A DNA stretch of 64,000 nt from Acidimicrobiia bacterium (lineage in GTDB: Bacteria; Actinomycetota; Acidimicrobiia; Acidimicrobiales; Bin134), in NCBI GenBank assembly GCA_022827725.1, contig JAJEIJ010000038.1, positions 13,324-77,323 of the forward strand, written 5' to 3'. This document shows, one piece after another, positions 1 to 9,758 of the stretch. Made by a program: the position numbers and the translations under genes. Each line of letters opens with the position of its first letter. Position 1 is the stretch's first letter. The notes beneath the pieces were generated by a model, which saw nothing but the letters and a program-made list of their open reading frames with translations, was not told the DNA's origin and did not search any database.

Positions 1-76
1 AGTTCCCCATGATGCTCGTGTACAGATACCTGACGATTTAGCGGGCATGGTAGCGGGCAATGAAGAGAGCGGACTG

Positions 77-1042
77 CTAGTCCAGCGGCAGGGCTAGGGC
101 GAGGGCGTTGGAGGCGTGGTGGAACTCTAGGCGGGTGGTTTCGCCGAGGTAGTCGCCGTCGAGCTGGTAGGGGAAGGGGGTGTCGCTGGCAACGACGGCA
201 TTGGTCACGTCGGTGCGGGAGTGGACGTGGCGGTGGACGGTCACGGGGGGGCCATAGCCCAGGGCGCTGGCCGCGGTACGAAGGAGCCGGGTGGCTCGCA
301 GCGATCGCAGGGTCACCATCGACAGGGGCGCATCCAAGGTGGCGTCGGGCACCACGTTGAAGGGGCGCGACCCCAGATAGGTGTAGGGATTGGTGTTGAG
401 GCAGATGGCGAACTGGCCGGTCACCGCCTCACCGTCAGCGTGGTAAACGGTGAATCGAGGGCGCGACCGGTCGTAGTGGCGCATCCAGGTGTCCACCGCC
501 GCATAGGCGAACAGAGCGTGGTTGGCATACCGCTTCAATCCGGCCCGGCGCTCCACTTGCTGCACCACAGCAGCGTCGTACCCCACCCCGGTGTGGAACA
601 GGAAATACCTTCCGTTCACCTGGCCGAGGCCCACCCGCTTGATATGGCCGGCGCCCAGCGTCTCCAGCAGCATGGCGGCCGCTTCCACCGGATCGTCGGG
701 CAGTCCGATGGTGCGGGCGAAGACATTGGTCGATCCTCCGGGCAGGGGGGCCAAGGCCACATCGGATCCGGCAACCCCGTTCACCGCCTCGTTGAGGGTG
801 CCGTCGCCGCCCAACACCGCCACCGCGTCGTAGCCATCGGCCACGGCGTCGTGGGCCAGGCGCGAAGCGTGACCCCGCCGACGGGTGGCGGCGAGAGTGA
901 CCTCGTGGTCGGCAGACAGTGCCTTTTGGATGACGACTTGGGTCCGGGCGGTGACCGACGAGGCGTGGGGGTTGACAAGCAATAGGACTTTCAGACCCAC
1001 AAGAGTACCGCCTTTACCCCGAAATTGGACTCGCGGGAGCAT
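77..1042 (-). CDS. Diacylglycerol/lipid kinase family protein (YegS/DagK-like)
   Basis: 321-aa ORF with LLLVNPHASS near the N-terminus and a GGDGTLNEAVNG motif typical of the DAGK catalytic domain. Exact start not resolved. Confidence 0.8.
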   Translation of the reverse strand: MLPRVQFRGKGGTLVGLKVLLLVNPHASSVTARTQVVIQKALSADHEVTLAATRRRGHASRLAHDAVADGYDAVAVLGGDGTLNEAVNGVAGSDVALAPLPGGSTNVFARTIGLPDDPVEAAAMLLETLGAGHIKRVGLGQVNGRYFLFHTGVGYDAAVVQQVERRAGLKRYANHALFAYAAVDTWMRHYDRSRPRFTVYHADGEAVTGQFAICLNTNPYTYLGSRPFNVVPDATLDAPLSMVTLRSLRATRLLRTAASALGYGPPVTVHRHVHSRTDVTNAVVASDTPFPYQLDGDYLGETTRLEFHHASNALALALPLD

Positions 1043-1134
1043 GTTCGCGGGGTGTGGAAGTTTCTGGTCCCACGGCGATTTGTTCCTGGTTTTGGTTTTT
1101 CCGTATCTGGAGCGCGGTGGGAGACTTGCGCGCT

Positions 1135-1914
1135 ATGGACATAGTCGTCTGCGTGAAACAAATCCCCGATCCCGCCGATCCGGGGGAGCTCGATCCGGAG
1201 ACCAACACCCTCAAGCGGGACATGAAGCTCATCATGGACGAGTCGGATTCTTACGGCGTGGAGATGGCCCTCCAGCTGCGCGATGCCGCGGGCGAGGGTG
1301 AGGTAACCCTGGTGTCGATGGCTCCCAATGAAGAGGTCAATGGCCTGAGGTCGGCACTGGCCATGGGGGCCGACAAGGCCATCCTGGTCAGCGACGAGGC
1401 TTTGGCTGGAACCGATGCCCTGGGCACCGCCCGGGTGTTGGCCGCTGCCATCGGCCGGGCTCAGGCTGATCTGATTCTGGCCGCCACTGAGTCGTCCGAC
1501 GGCTACACCGGCACGGTTCCCGAACAGGTGGCCGAACTGCTGGGCCTGCCCTCGGTGACCTTCGCCAAAGAAATCCAGGCCGATGGGGGAGAAGTACTGG
1601 TCAAGCGCCAGACGGAGGCCGGCTACGACGAGGTGCGGTGCCCGCTGCCTGCGGTGGTTTCGGTGACCGCAGGCGTTGTCGAGCCCCGTTACCCGTCGTT
1701 CAAGGGCATCATGGCAGCCAAGTCCAAGCCGATGGACCAGGTGGGCATCGCCGACCTGGGCGTCAGCCCCGACCAGGTGGGCTGGGCCGGCGGCGGCCAG
1801 GAGATCACCGATGTCAGCCCGGCCCCCGAGCGGGAGGCCGGTGAGATCATCACCGACGAGGGCGACGCCCATGAGCGCATCGTCGCCCTGCTCGAAGAGC
1901 TCAGGATCGTTTAG
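1135..1914 (+). CDS. etfB: Electron transfer flavoprotein beta subunit
   Basis: ORF 1054..1914. The conserved ETF-beta N-terminus MDIVVCVKQIPDP starts at ATG 1135. etfA follows 8 nt downstream. Confidence 0.9.
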   Translation: MDIVVCVKQIPDPADPGELDPETNTLKRDMKLIMDESDSYGVEMALQLRDAAGEGEVTLVSMAPNEEVNGLRSALAMGADKAILVSDEALAGTDALGTARVLAAAIGRAQADLILAATESSDGYTGTVPEQVAELLGLPSVTFAKEIQADGGEVLVKRQTEAGYDEVRCPLPAVVSVTAGVVEPRYPSFKGIMAAKSKPMDQVGIADLGVSPDQVGWAGGGQEITDVSPAPEREAGEIITDEGDAHERIVALLEELRIV

Positions 1915-1922
1915 GAGGAGCA

Positions 1923-2885
1923 ATGGGAACCATTTGGGTATACGCGGAGGCATCGGGCGGCCAGGTCGCCTCGATCAGCCTCGAGCTCCTCGCCAGGGCC
2001 CGCGAGCTGGCCGACACCGTGGAAGCGGTGGTGGGAGGCGAGGGCGAGCCGATAGCCGCTGAGCTCGGCGCCCACGGAGCCACCACCGTCCACGCCACCG
2101 GCGATTTGGGCGACGGACTGGCCGGACCAGCGGTGGCATCAGCCATCGCCGCGGCCATCGAGGGCGGGACCGCTCCCGACGCGGTGCTGTTCGGCACCAC
2201 CTACGACGGCCGTGACGTGGCTGGCCGACTTTCTGTGAAGCTGGGCGTCCCGGTCATCACCAACATCGTCGAGCTCGACCAGGCCGACGGATCTCTGGTG
2301 GGCACCGAGCCGGTGTTCGGCGGCACGGTCAACGTCAGCACCCGGTTCAACGGGTCAGGCGTCGGCCTGTTCCTGGTACGCCCCAAGTCGTTCGCCGCCG
2401 AGGAGTCCGGCGGTGGTCCGGCCGCAGTGTCAGCACTGCCGGTGCCCGATCTAGGGGCCACCGGCGCAGCTCGGGTGGTGGACCGTTTTGCCGAAGAGTC
2501 CACCGGTCCCAAGCTGGACGAGGCCGGCGTGGTGGTCTCGGGCGGGCGAGGCTTGGGCGAAGCTGAGAAGTACTCCATGATCGAGGACTTGGCCAAGCTG
2601 CTCGGCGGTGCGGCGGGCGCATCCCGAGCCATCGTGGACGCCGGTTGGGTGCCCTACTCCCACCAGGTGGGCCAGACCGGCAAGGTGGTCAAGCCCGATG
2701 TCTACGTGGCCTGCGGAATCTCCGGGGCCACCCAGCACATGGTGGGCATGAAGGGCTCCAAGAACATCATCGCCATCAACAAAGACGCCGAGGCGCCCAT
2801 ATTCGGCATCGCCGACCTCGGTGTGGTGGGCGACGTCCACAAAGTGATTCCCAAGCTGATCGAAGCCCTGCAAGCTCGGAGCTAG
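1923..2885 (+). CDS. etfA: Electron transfer flavoprotein alpha subunit
   Basis: 320 aa with the C-terminal FAD-binding region [42 protein letters not shown]. Forms an operon with etfB. TAG stop at 2883-2885. Confidence 0.9.
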   Translation: MGTIWVYAEASGGQVASISLELLARARELADTVEAVVGGEGEPIAAELGAHGATTVHATGDLGDGLAGPAVASAIAAAIEGGTAPDAVLFGTTYDGRDVAGRLSVKLGVPVITNIVELDQADGSLVGTEPVFGGTVNVSTRFNGSGVGLFLVRPKSFAAEESGGGPAAVSALPVPDLGATGAARVVDRFAEESTGPKLDEAGVVVSGGRGLGEAEKYSMIEDLAKLLGGAAGASRAIVDAGWVPYSHQVGQTGKVVKPDVYVACGISGATQHMVGMKGSKNIIAINKDAEAPIFGIADLGVVGDVHKVIPKLIEALQARS

Positions 2886-2892
2886 GCCAGCC

Positions 2893-3648
2893 TTACACCA
2901 GCGGCCAGGGATGGCGGCGGCCGCTGGGATCGATGGGAAAGCGGCCCTCGCCCACCAGGGCATTCGCCCGGGTCAACAGGGCATCGCGCTCCAACAGGGT
3001 GAGCATGCTGGCCACACTTTCGGGCAGGCCCTCGTTGAGCAGGCCGGTCACCTCTTCGGCCAACTCATCCGGCAGGGGTTCTCCGGCCCATTCCCAGATC
3101 ACCGTGCGCAATTTGAACTCGCAATGGAATGACAGGCCGTTGTCGATGGCGTAGAGCCGCCCGTCATGGCCCAACAGGATGTGGCCCCCCTTGCGGTCGG
3201 TGCTGTTGATGATGAAGTCGAAAGCGCACAACCGCTGAAACCACCGGTGGTGGGCCGGCTCCTCCCGCAACGTGAAGTAGTGCTCGTCGTAGTCGGTGGG
3301 CACGTAGAGCTGCACCGACCCCTCGCCCAGCGGCCCGTCTCTCAGCACCGTGGGGGGCACCAGATCCCAGCCCAGATTGCGGGCCAGTTCGAAGGCGGCG
3401 GTCTCCCGCTTGTGCAGTCCGGCGGGGAAGTCCCACAGGGGCCGTTCGCCCTTCACCGGCTTGTACACCCCCTGGACGATGGGGGATTCGGGGGAGCAAA
3501 CGTCAACCAGAAACGTCATGTTGGAGCTCCACGGCATGCGACCCAGCACGTCCAACTCCCCGGTGGCCAGGATCTCGACGGCGGCCTCGTCTTCGAGCGC
3601 GGGGCGGTCGCGAAACGGCGATTCGGTGTTCGAGGGGGCGGGATCCAT
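2893..3648 (-). CDS. SCO1664-family protein (PI3/4-kinase-like fold), last gene of a conserved trio
   Basis: ORF 2893..3669. ATG 3648 overlaps the upstream TGA by 1 nt (TGATG at 3646-3650). The kinase-like core includes HILLGHDGRLYAIDNG. Family assignment is from memory of TIGRFAMs. Confidence 0.65.
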   Translation of the reverse strand: MDPAPSNTESPFRDRPALEDEAAVEILATGELDVLGRMPWSSNMTFLVDVCSPESPIVQGVYKPVKGERPLWDFPAGLHKRETAAFELARNLGWDLVPPTVLRDGPLGEGSVQLYVPTDYDEHYFTLREEPAHHRWFQRLCAFDFIINSTDRKGGHILLGHDGRLYAIDNGLSFHCEFKLRTVIWEWAGEPLPDELAEEVTGLLNEGLPESVASMLTLLERDALLTRANALVGEGRFPIDPSGRRHPWPLV

Positions 3649-4139
3649 CAGTTGGAGCAGGGACACCAAGTGCCGTCGTCATTGAGGGGTGCGCCGCAGA
3701 AGCGACACGGTGGCCGGCCCGCGGCCACCACCTGTCGGGCCCGGTTCACAAACCCGGCCACTTGGCCCTTTGTGATCCGGAATTGGGCGGTGGCCAGGTC
3801 GTCGGCCTCTTCTTGGGAGGGCCTCTCGGTGATGATGAGCAGCATCCGATCGACGTCAGGGTCGTAGCCGAACCGGAATTCGCCCGCCGTCCACTCAGCT
3901 TCCACCGGGTCGATGAGGCCGATGTCGACTTCCGGCTCGATGGCGTCGGGGTCGTCGGAGATTTCCCGCAGCACCGCGGCGAAGTGATCGGCCAGCGCTG
4001 ACACCTCCTGCTTTTCCAGCTTGAGCGTCACCAAGGTGCCGGTGACTCCGGCCTGGAGATAGAACACCCGTTGGCCGGGAGGCCCGACGGTGCCCACCGT
4101 GAAGTGCTCGAGGTCGCTCAGGTCGAAGGATTCACTCAT
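3648..4139 (-). CDS. DUF3090-family protein with C-terminal Cys knuckle
   Basis: 163 aa ending in CRFCGAPLNDDGTWCPCSN. The start overlaps the upstream stop as ATGA (4136-4139). Confidence 0.65.
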   Translation of the reverse strand: MSESFDLSDLEHFTVGTVGPPGQRVFYLQAGVTGTLVTLKLEKQEVSALADHFAAVLREISDDPDAIEPEVDIGLIDPVEAEWTAGEFRFGYDPDVDRMLLIITERPSQEEADDLATAQFRITKGQVAGFVNRARQVVAAGRPPCRFCGAPLNDDGTWCPCSN

Positions 4140-4780
4140 GACGGTACGAGTGCCTTCAACTCAGACGTGCTGTTGATCGCCAGCACCAGCGGGCCGTCGT
4201 CGCTGTAGAGGATGGCGGTGATCGAGCAGGGCGACACCACGATCCGCTGGAACATGTCCAGATGGGCACCAGAGGCGTGCGACACCGCCGCTTTGATGGT
4301 GTCGGCGTGCGACACCGCCACCACGGTTGAGCCGGGATGGCGGGCCACCAGCGACTGCACCGCGTCGGTCATCCGGGTTTGCATCTCGGCAAACGACTCT
4401 CCTCCGGGAAACCGGAAGCTGCTAGGGGTGCGCTGCACTTGGCGCCAGTCGCGGCGGCGGCGCAGGTCGCTGAGGCGGCGCCCGGTCCAGCGGCCGAAAT
4501 CGCACTCGTTTAGGTTGTCGAGCACTCGCACCCGTCGCCCCACCGCCCGGGCGATGGGGGCGGCGGTCTCCCGTGCCCGCTCCATGGGGGACGCGTACAC
4601 CGCTCCGATGCGTTTCGGGCCCAGGGCGGCGATGCGGGCGGCGGCCTGCTCGGCCTGCTCTCGACCCCGGTCGCTGAGGTGCAGCCCCGGTGCCCGACCG
4701 GGCAGCACCGCGCCCGTGGTGGGGGTCTGGCCGTGGCGCACGAACAACACCAGGGTGGGTTTGCGGGATTTGCCAGCCAT
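4136..4780 (-). CDS. Histidine phosphatase family protein (MSMEG_4193-type putative phosphomutase)
   Basis: 214 aa with the RHG catalytic motif (LVLFVRHGQT) and a second His region (VAVSHADTIKA). Confidence 0.8.
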   Translation of the reverse strand: MAGKSRKPTLVLFVRHGQTPTTGAVLPGRAPGLHLSDRGREQAEQAAARIAALGPKRIGAVYASPMERARETAAPIARAVGRRVRVLDNLNECDFGRWTGRRLSDLRRRRDWRQVQRTPSSFRFPGGESFAEMQTRMTDAVQSLVARHPGSTVVAVSHADTIKAAVSHASGAHLDMFQRIVVSPCSITAILYSDDGPLVLAINSTSELKALVPS

Positions 4781-4800
4781 TGTCTTCTATCTTGCCGGGA

Positions 4801-5475
4801 GTGGGCTCAGCAGACACATTTGACGAACTGGCCGCCGATGTTATCGCCTGCCGGGCCTGCCCCCGGCTGGTGGCGTGGCGGGAGGAAGTGGCTGCGGTCA
4901 AGCGGGCCGCCTATCGGGATTGGGACTATTGGGGCCGGCCGGTGCCGGGATTCGGCGACCCTGGCGCCCGCATCGTGGTGGTAGGCCTCGCCCCGGCCGC
5001 CCACGGCGCCAACCGCACCGGTCGAATGTTCACCGGCGACCGGTCGGGCGACTTCCTCTATGCCTCGCTGCACCGGATGGGCCTGGCCAACCAGCCCAAC
5101 TCCACCGACAGGGACGACGGATTGGTGCTGAACGACGTCTACATCACCGCCCCCGTGCGGTGCGCGCCGCCCCAGAACAAGCCCACCCCCGCCGAGCGGG
5201 ACGCCTGCCGCCCGTTTCTCGAGCGGGAGCTGGCTCTGCTGCGTCAGGCCCGGGTGTTCGTCGCTTTGGGGGCCATCGGCTATGGAGCGGTGGCCACCGA
5301 ACTGGGGATGCGGCCCCGGCCCAAGTTCGCCCACGGCTTGGAGGCGCCCACCCCCGGTGGGCAGACAGTGGTGTGCTCCTACCACGTGAGCCAGCAGAAC
5401 ACCTTCACCGGACGGCTCACCGAAGACATGCTCGACGAGGTGTTCGCCCGGGCCTTGGCATTGGCTGACGCCTAG
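4801..5475 (+). CDS. Uracil-DNA glycosylase, family 5 (UdgB-like), Fe-S type
   Basis: ORF 4690..5475. A GTG at 4801 avoids overlap with the divergent gene. Motifs: CRACPRL and GLAPAAHGANRTGRMFTGD. Confidence 0.75.
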   Translation: MGSADTFDELAADVIACRACPRLVAWREEVAAVKRAAYRDWDYWGRPVPGFGDPGARIVVVGLAPAAHGANRTGRMFTGDRSGDFLYASLHRMGLANQPNSTDRDDGLVLNDVYITAPVRCAPPQNKPTPAERDACRPFLERELALLRQARVFVALGAIGYGAVATELGMRPRPKFAHGLEAPTPGGQTVVCSYHVSQQNTFTGRLTEDMLDEVFARALALADA

Positions 5476-5528
5476 TAGCCCTGGGATTGGTTCGCGAATT
5501 CTAGGAGACGGGCGATACCGTTAGGCCC

Positions 5529-5900
5529 GTGACCAAGGCCCGCGTGCTCGCAGTGGTGGCTGTCCTGTTTCTGGTGGCAGCCGCCTGCGGCAACTCCGGC
5601 GCGCCCACTTCGTGGGACGACAATCCCGACGACTACAAGGGCGTGGCCAACGTGGGCCAACCTGAGCGTAACTTTCGCGACGGTTGCGAGGAATCTGGCC
5701 AAGACGACCTGGACGCGCAAGTGCGGGAGAACCTGGCCGATGTGTGCAAGTGCGGATTCGACAGGATCAGGGAGACTCTGACCTTCGAGGAGTTCAAGGA
5801 ACTCGACGACGATCTTCGCAGCGACATCAACGCCAACCTGACCGAGGAAGTGAATCAGATCATGCGCCAGTGCATCCTGGAGGAATCCGGGCTCGGTTAG
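5529..5900 (+). CDS. Putative lipoprotein, function unknown
   Basis: 123 aa with a signal peptide and lipobox (LVAAACG). The mature part is acidic and has 4 Cys. Confidence 0.5.
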   Translation: MTKARVLAVVAVLFLVAAACGNSGAPTSWDDNPDDYKGVANVGQPERNFRDGCEESGQDDLDAQVRENLADVCKCGFDRIRETLTFEEFKELDDDLRSDINANLTEEVNQIMRQCILEESGLG

Positions 5901-5941
5901 CCCTCAAGCGCTGTCGCAGGCGCTGTCCCGAGAAGCGGCCC

Positions 5942-7153
5942 TCAAACCCCTACTTTGACCGCGCTCTCGGCCCAGTCGGGCCAGCGTTGGCGGCTCTTGG
6001 CGGCCAGCTTGTGCATGAGGGCCACCGCGCCGGGGTCGTCGTCGCCGGGTCGGGCCTGGATCACGCCGTCTTCCAGCATGGCGTTGATCACTGCTCGGCC
6101 CAGCTCGGTGCGGATCACGGTGAGGGTCCAGTCGGAGGTGTCGCCGATGCCCCCAGTGGAGATGTCGGCGTGCTCGGCGGCGAAATCGGGGCAGAGGTTG
6201 CAACCCTCCCGGGTCCAGGCGTGGCACTCCTTGAGGTTGATCTCGTGGTAGTCGCCGTTCTTCATCCACACCTGAAACACGCCCTTGATGTTCATCTTGG
6301 CGATCTGGTCGGTGGGCAGCCCGTACTTCACCCAGAACAGCTCTTCGAACATGGAATCGTCGAAGCTCTTGGAGCACAACAGCCCGATGTTCAGCTTGAT
6401 GGGTCGGCCCACCTTGCCCACCTTGCGGTTCCACATCACCGGGCCGATGGAGGTCTGGCAGCTCATGCCCACCAGGGCCAAGCGCTCCAGGTTTCGCTCC
6501 TTGGCCTCCCGGTAGGCCAGCGGGTTGGCCGAGTAGGTGTAGCGGCTGCCTGCCCCCCGTAGAACCTCCTCGCGGTTGACGGCCAAGCCGGGCACCGCCT
6601 TCCAGCCGTCGACGTCGCCGCCCTCCAGAAATGAGGTGAGGGCGCCGTCGATCACGTCGTTCTCCAGGCACCAGATCAAGATGGCCGACACCAACCCGCC
6701 GTCCTGGCCTACCTCGTACACGTAGTCGTCTGAGGCCCGCACCAGCACGATGTCGCTGTAGATACCCGACACCTCATCTTCGTTGCGGATGCGCCCAAAC
6801 AGGTGCTCGTCGGCTTCGGCCTCCCAGGTGCGGAATCGGGGACAAGCCCTAGTGCAAGAGGTGCATCCCTTCTGGCCGTGGATGCAGTCGGACAGGCCCA
6901 ACTCCTCCTCCAGGTGGAAAGGCTTGTACTGGCCGGGTTCGTGCTTGTAGCCGATCACATCGTGGGGGCAGGCGATCACGCAGCCCGCGCACCCGGTGCA
7001 CAGCCCCGTGTCGATGACCTCCTCGTAGAGTTCCTTCCACTGGTGCGTCCAGCGAACCTTGGCCTCAGCCACCCAGAGACTTTGCCACGCCCAGCATGTG
7101 ATTTGGTCATTTAAAACGCATTTGCCCAGCAAGAGGCTAGAGGGGAGGGGCAA
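5942..7153 (-). CDS. Coenzyme F420 hydrogenase/dehydrogenase beta-subunit-like (FrhB/FdhB family) Fe-S protein
   Basis: 403-aa ORF with ferredoxin-type Cys motifs CTGCAGCVIACP and CTSCTRACP, followed by an FrhB-like C-terminal region. The start may be a downstream GTG near 7075. Confidence 0.65.
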   Translation of the reverse strand: MPLPSSLLLGKCVLNDQITCWAWQSLWVAEAKVRWTHQWKELYEEVIDTGLCTGCAGCVIACPHDVIGYKHEPGQYKPFHLEEELGLSDCIHGQKGCTSCTRACPRFRTWEAEADEHLFGRIRNEDEVSGIYSDIVLVRASDDYVYEVGQDGGLVSAILIWCLENDVIDGALTSFLEGGDVDGWKAVPGLAVNREEVLRGAGSRYTYSANPLAYREAKERNLERLALVGMSCQTSIGPVMWNRKVGKVGRPIKLNIGLLCSKSFDDSMFEELFWVKYGLPTDQIAKMNIKGVFQVWMKNGDYHEINLKECHAWTREGCNLCPDFAAEHADISTGGIGDTSDWTLTVIRTELGRAVINAMLEDGVIQARPGDDDPGAVALMHKLAAKSRQRWPDWAESAVKVGV

Positions 7154-7281
7154 AAGAGGAAGTGGACGGAAAAGCCGGTAGGGTGGCCATTATGGAGGCC
7201 CAAACCGCAGGCCAGCGCCAAACTGAGCGCCAGACTGCGTGCTGGACTGCGAGATAACGAGATAGACGGGAGGAAGAACAG

Positions 7282-7836
7282 ATGGGCGACTGGTGGGACG
7301 GCCTGACCGGCGACCTCCAGGTCTTCTATCTGATCGGTGCCATCGCCGGTGTCTTCCTCATACTCCAGCTCCTTTTGTTGGGCTTCGGCGTCGGTTCCGA
7401 CCTCGATATCGACCTTGATGACGAGGGCGCGGGAACGGGGTTCTTGTCCCTGCGAAGCTTGACGGCGTTCTTCTTCGCCTTCGGCTGGACCGGCGTATTG
7501 ATGAAGGAAGCCGACAGCTCCACCCCGGTCTCGGTGATCGTGGCCATTGCTGTGGGTCTAGCGGTGTTCTTCGCGGTGGCCTACATGTGGCGCAAGTTCT
7601 CCCAGATGGAGGAAAGCGGCTCGGTCGACTACCAGAGCGCGGTCGGAACTGTCGGCACCGTCTACCTGCCGATCCCGGCCAACCGCTCCATGCCCGGCAA
7701 GGTTGAAATCCTCATCCAGGGACGGCTCCGAGTGATCGACGCCTATACCAGCTCGGACAACGACCTTCCGGCTCAGACTCGCGTCACCGTGGTGTCGGTG
7801 GTAGATCAATCCACCGTCCTCGTCAAACCCTTGTAA
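7282..7836 (+). CDS. NfeD-like membrane protein
   Basis: 184 aa with N-terminal TM helices and a C-terminal OB-like segment (GKVEILIQGRLRVIDAYT). Sits immediately upstream of a flotillin gene, the classical pairing. Confidence 0.6.
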   Translation: MGDWWDGLTGDLQVFYLIGAIAGVFLILQLLLLGFGVGSDLDIDLDDEGAGTGFLSLRSLTAFFFAFGWTGVLMKEADSSTPVSVIVAIAVGLAVFFAVAYMWRKFSQMEESGSVDYQSAVGTVGTVYLPIPANRSMPGKVEILIQGRLRVIDAYTSSDNDLPAQTRVTVVSVVDQSTVLVKPL

Positions 7837-7868
7837 CTCACCTCTCCTAGACCCGAAAGGACTCTTTG

Positions 7869-9281
7869 ATGGCTGCTATAGCCCTTGTTGCCGGCCTAAT
7901 CGTCATTCTTCTCATTGCCCTGTTGTGGATTTCCTCCCGCTACAAGCGCTGCCCATCAGACCGAGTGCTGGTGATCTACGGGCGAGTAGGCGGCGCTGGT
8001 CAGTCGGCCCGATGCCTCCATGGAGGTGGCGCCCTGGTCTGGCCCGTCATCCAGGGCTACGCCTTCTTGGACCTCACCCCGATCCCAATCGAGATCAAGC
8101 TCCAGGGCGCCCTGTCCCAGCAGAACATCCGGGTCAACACCCCGGCCACGTTCACGGTGGGAATCTCCACCGAGCCCGGTGTGATGCAGAATGCCGCCGA
8201 GCGGCTGCTGGGCCTGAGCCTGGTGGAGATCGAGAACCTGGCCCGGGACATCATCTTCGGCCAGATGCGGGTGGTTATCGCCACCATGCCCATTGAGGAG
8301 ATCAACGCCGATCGGGAGAAGCTGATCACCAACATCACCGAGTCGTTGGAGATCGAGTTGCGCAAGGTGGGGCTGCGACTCATCAACGTCAACATCCAGG
8401 ACATCACCGACGAGTCGGGCTACATCGACGCCCTGGGTCGGGAAGCGGCCGCCCGGGCCATCAACGAAGCCAAGATCAAAGTGGCCGAGCAGGAGCGCGA
8501 CGGCGACATCGGTGCCGCCGAGGCCCAGCGGGAGCGGCGCATCCGGGTGGCCCAGGCCAACGCCACCGCCACCGAGGGGGAGAATGAATCTCAAGTAGTG
8601 ATCGCCCAGTCCGACGGCCAGCGCCGTCAGCAGGAAGCCGAGGCCGAGCGGGCCGCGGTTACCGCCGAGCGGGTAACCCAGGCTCGAGCCGCCGAGGAGT
8701 CGTTCGCCGCCGAAGGCCAGGCCGAGCAGGCCCGGGCCACTAGGGACAAGGCATCGCAGGAAGCCGACATCGTGGTGCCCGCCGAGGTGGAGCGCGAGAG
8801 GGTGCGCACCTTGGCCGAGGCCGAGGCCGATCGGATCAGGCTGGTCAAGGGCGGCGAGGCCGATGGTCAGCGACTGCTCATGGAAGCCGAGGCGCTGGGC
8901 TTGCTGGCCCTGCTCACCCGCCGGGCCGAAGGCCTCGGGGCGCTGGTGAACAACGCCGGGGGCAATCCCCAGCTGGCCGCCCTGCTGCTGATTGCCGAGC
9001 AGATGCCCAACCTGGTGGCCGAGCAGGTCAAGGCCATCTCCAATCTTCAGATCGACCAGATCACGGTGTGGGACTCCGGCGGAAGCGACGGCAAATCCGG
9101 CAACAGCACCGCCAACTTCCTGTCCGGCCTAGCCAGCTCCCTGCCTCCGATCCACGACTTGGCCGCCCAAGTCGGCATCAAGCTCCCCGCCTACCTAGGC
9201 GAGCTCGACGATGAGACCGCCATCGAGCGCCTCCGCGAGATCGCCGAGCAACTGGATTCGGGGGATTCCTCGGAGGAGTAA
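7869..9281 (+). CDS. Flotillin / SPFH (band 7) domain protein
   Basis: ORF from TTG 7866 / ATG 7869. Has an N-terminal TM helix, an SPFH core and a long Ala/Glu-rich coiled-coil flotillin region. Confidence 0.85.
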   Translation: MAAIALVAGLIVILLIALLWISSRYKRCPSDRVLVIYGRVGGAGQSARCLHGGGALVWPVIQGYAFLDLTPIPIEIKLQGALSQQNIRVNTPATFTVGISTEPGVMQNAAERLLGLSLVEIENLARDIIFGQMRVVIATMPIEEINADREKLITNITESLEIELRKVGLRLINVNIQDITDESGYIDALGREAAARAINEAKIKVAEQERDGDIGAAEAQRERRIRVAQANATATEGENESQVVIAQSDGQRRQQEAEAERAAVTAERVTQARAAEESFAAEGQAEQARATRDKASQEADIVVPAEVERERVRTLAEAEADRIRLVKGGEADGQRLLMEAEALGLLALLTRRAEGLGALVNNAGGNPQLAALLLIAEQMPNLVAEQVKAISNLQIDQITVWDSGGSDGKSGNSTANFLSGLASSLPPIHDLAAQVGIKLPAYLGELDDETAIERLREIAEQLDSGDSSEE

Positions 9282-9293
9282 GCTGAAGCGGCC

Positions 9294-9758
9294 ATGACCA
9301 GCCGCACAGGGGGCCGGCGCGTCGGCCCCCTGGTGATCTTCGCCCTTGTCGCACCGGTCTTCGCCGCGTGCGCGGGTCCTTCGATTGATGTGGCCGAATG
9401 CGATGTTGCGCTCACCGTCACCATGGAGACGCTGGAGGCGCGACTTACCGGCCACGGGACGCTGCGTCACGGTCGGGTCCATGAGCGGACCGACGACGAG
9501 TTCTTCGTAAGCGCTGAACTCCTTCCCGCTGATAAGGACGACGACTTCGACGGCGACATCCTCACCTGGTTCACCGACGATCCCGGGGGGTCTGACTTCC
9601 TGTCGGTGGACGAGCACGCACGCGACCAATCCGGCTGGGCCGGGGCCGAATTCGGCGTGAGCGAAGACGGCGCGGTCACCTCCCGCGGCTGTGTCCTCGT
9701 GGTCCGTGGCGAGCCGGAAAGCGACGAGTGCGAAGAGCACCGGGAGGAGTTCTGTTGA
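9294..9758 (+). CDS. Putative lipoprotein, function unknown
   Basis: 154 aa with lipobox VFAACAG. The mature part is acidic and Cys-containing. Confidence 0.5.
   Translation: MTSRTGGRRVGPLVIFALVAPVFAACAGPSIDVAECDVALTVTMETLEARLTGHGTLRHGRVHERTDDEFFVSAELLPADKDDDFDGDILTWFTDDPGGSDFLSVDEHARDQSGWAGAEFGVSEDGAVTSRGCVLVVRGEPESDECEEHREEFC

Noticed and set aside
1054-1134. Upstream extension of etfB (MEVSGPTAICSWFWFF...) offered by the ORF track
   Set aside because: It is not ETF-like and lies in the divergent promoter region. The conserved N-terminus starts at ATG 1135.
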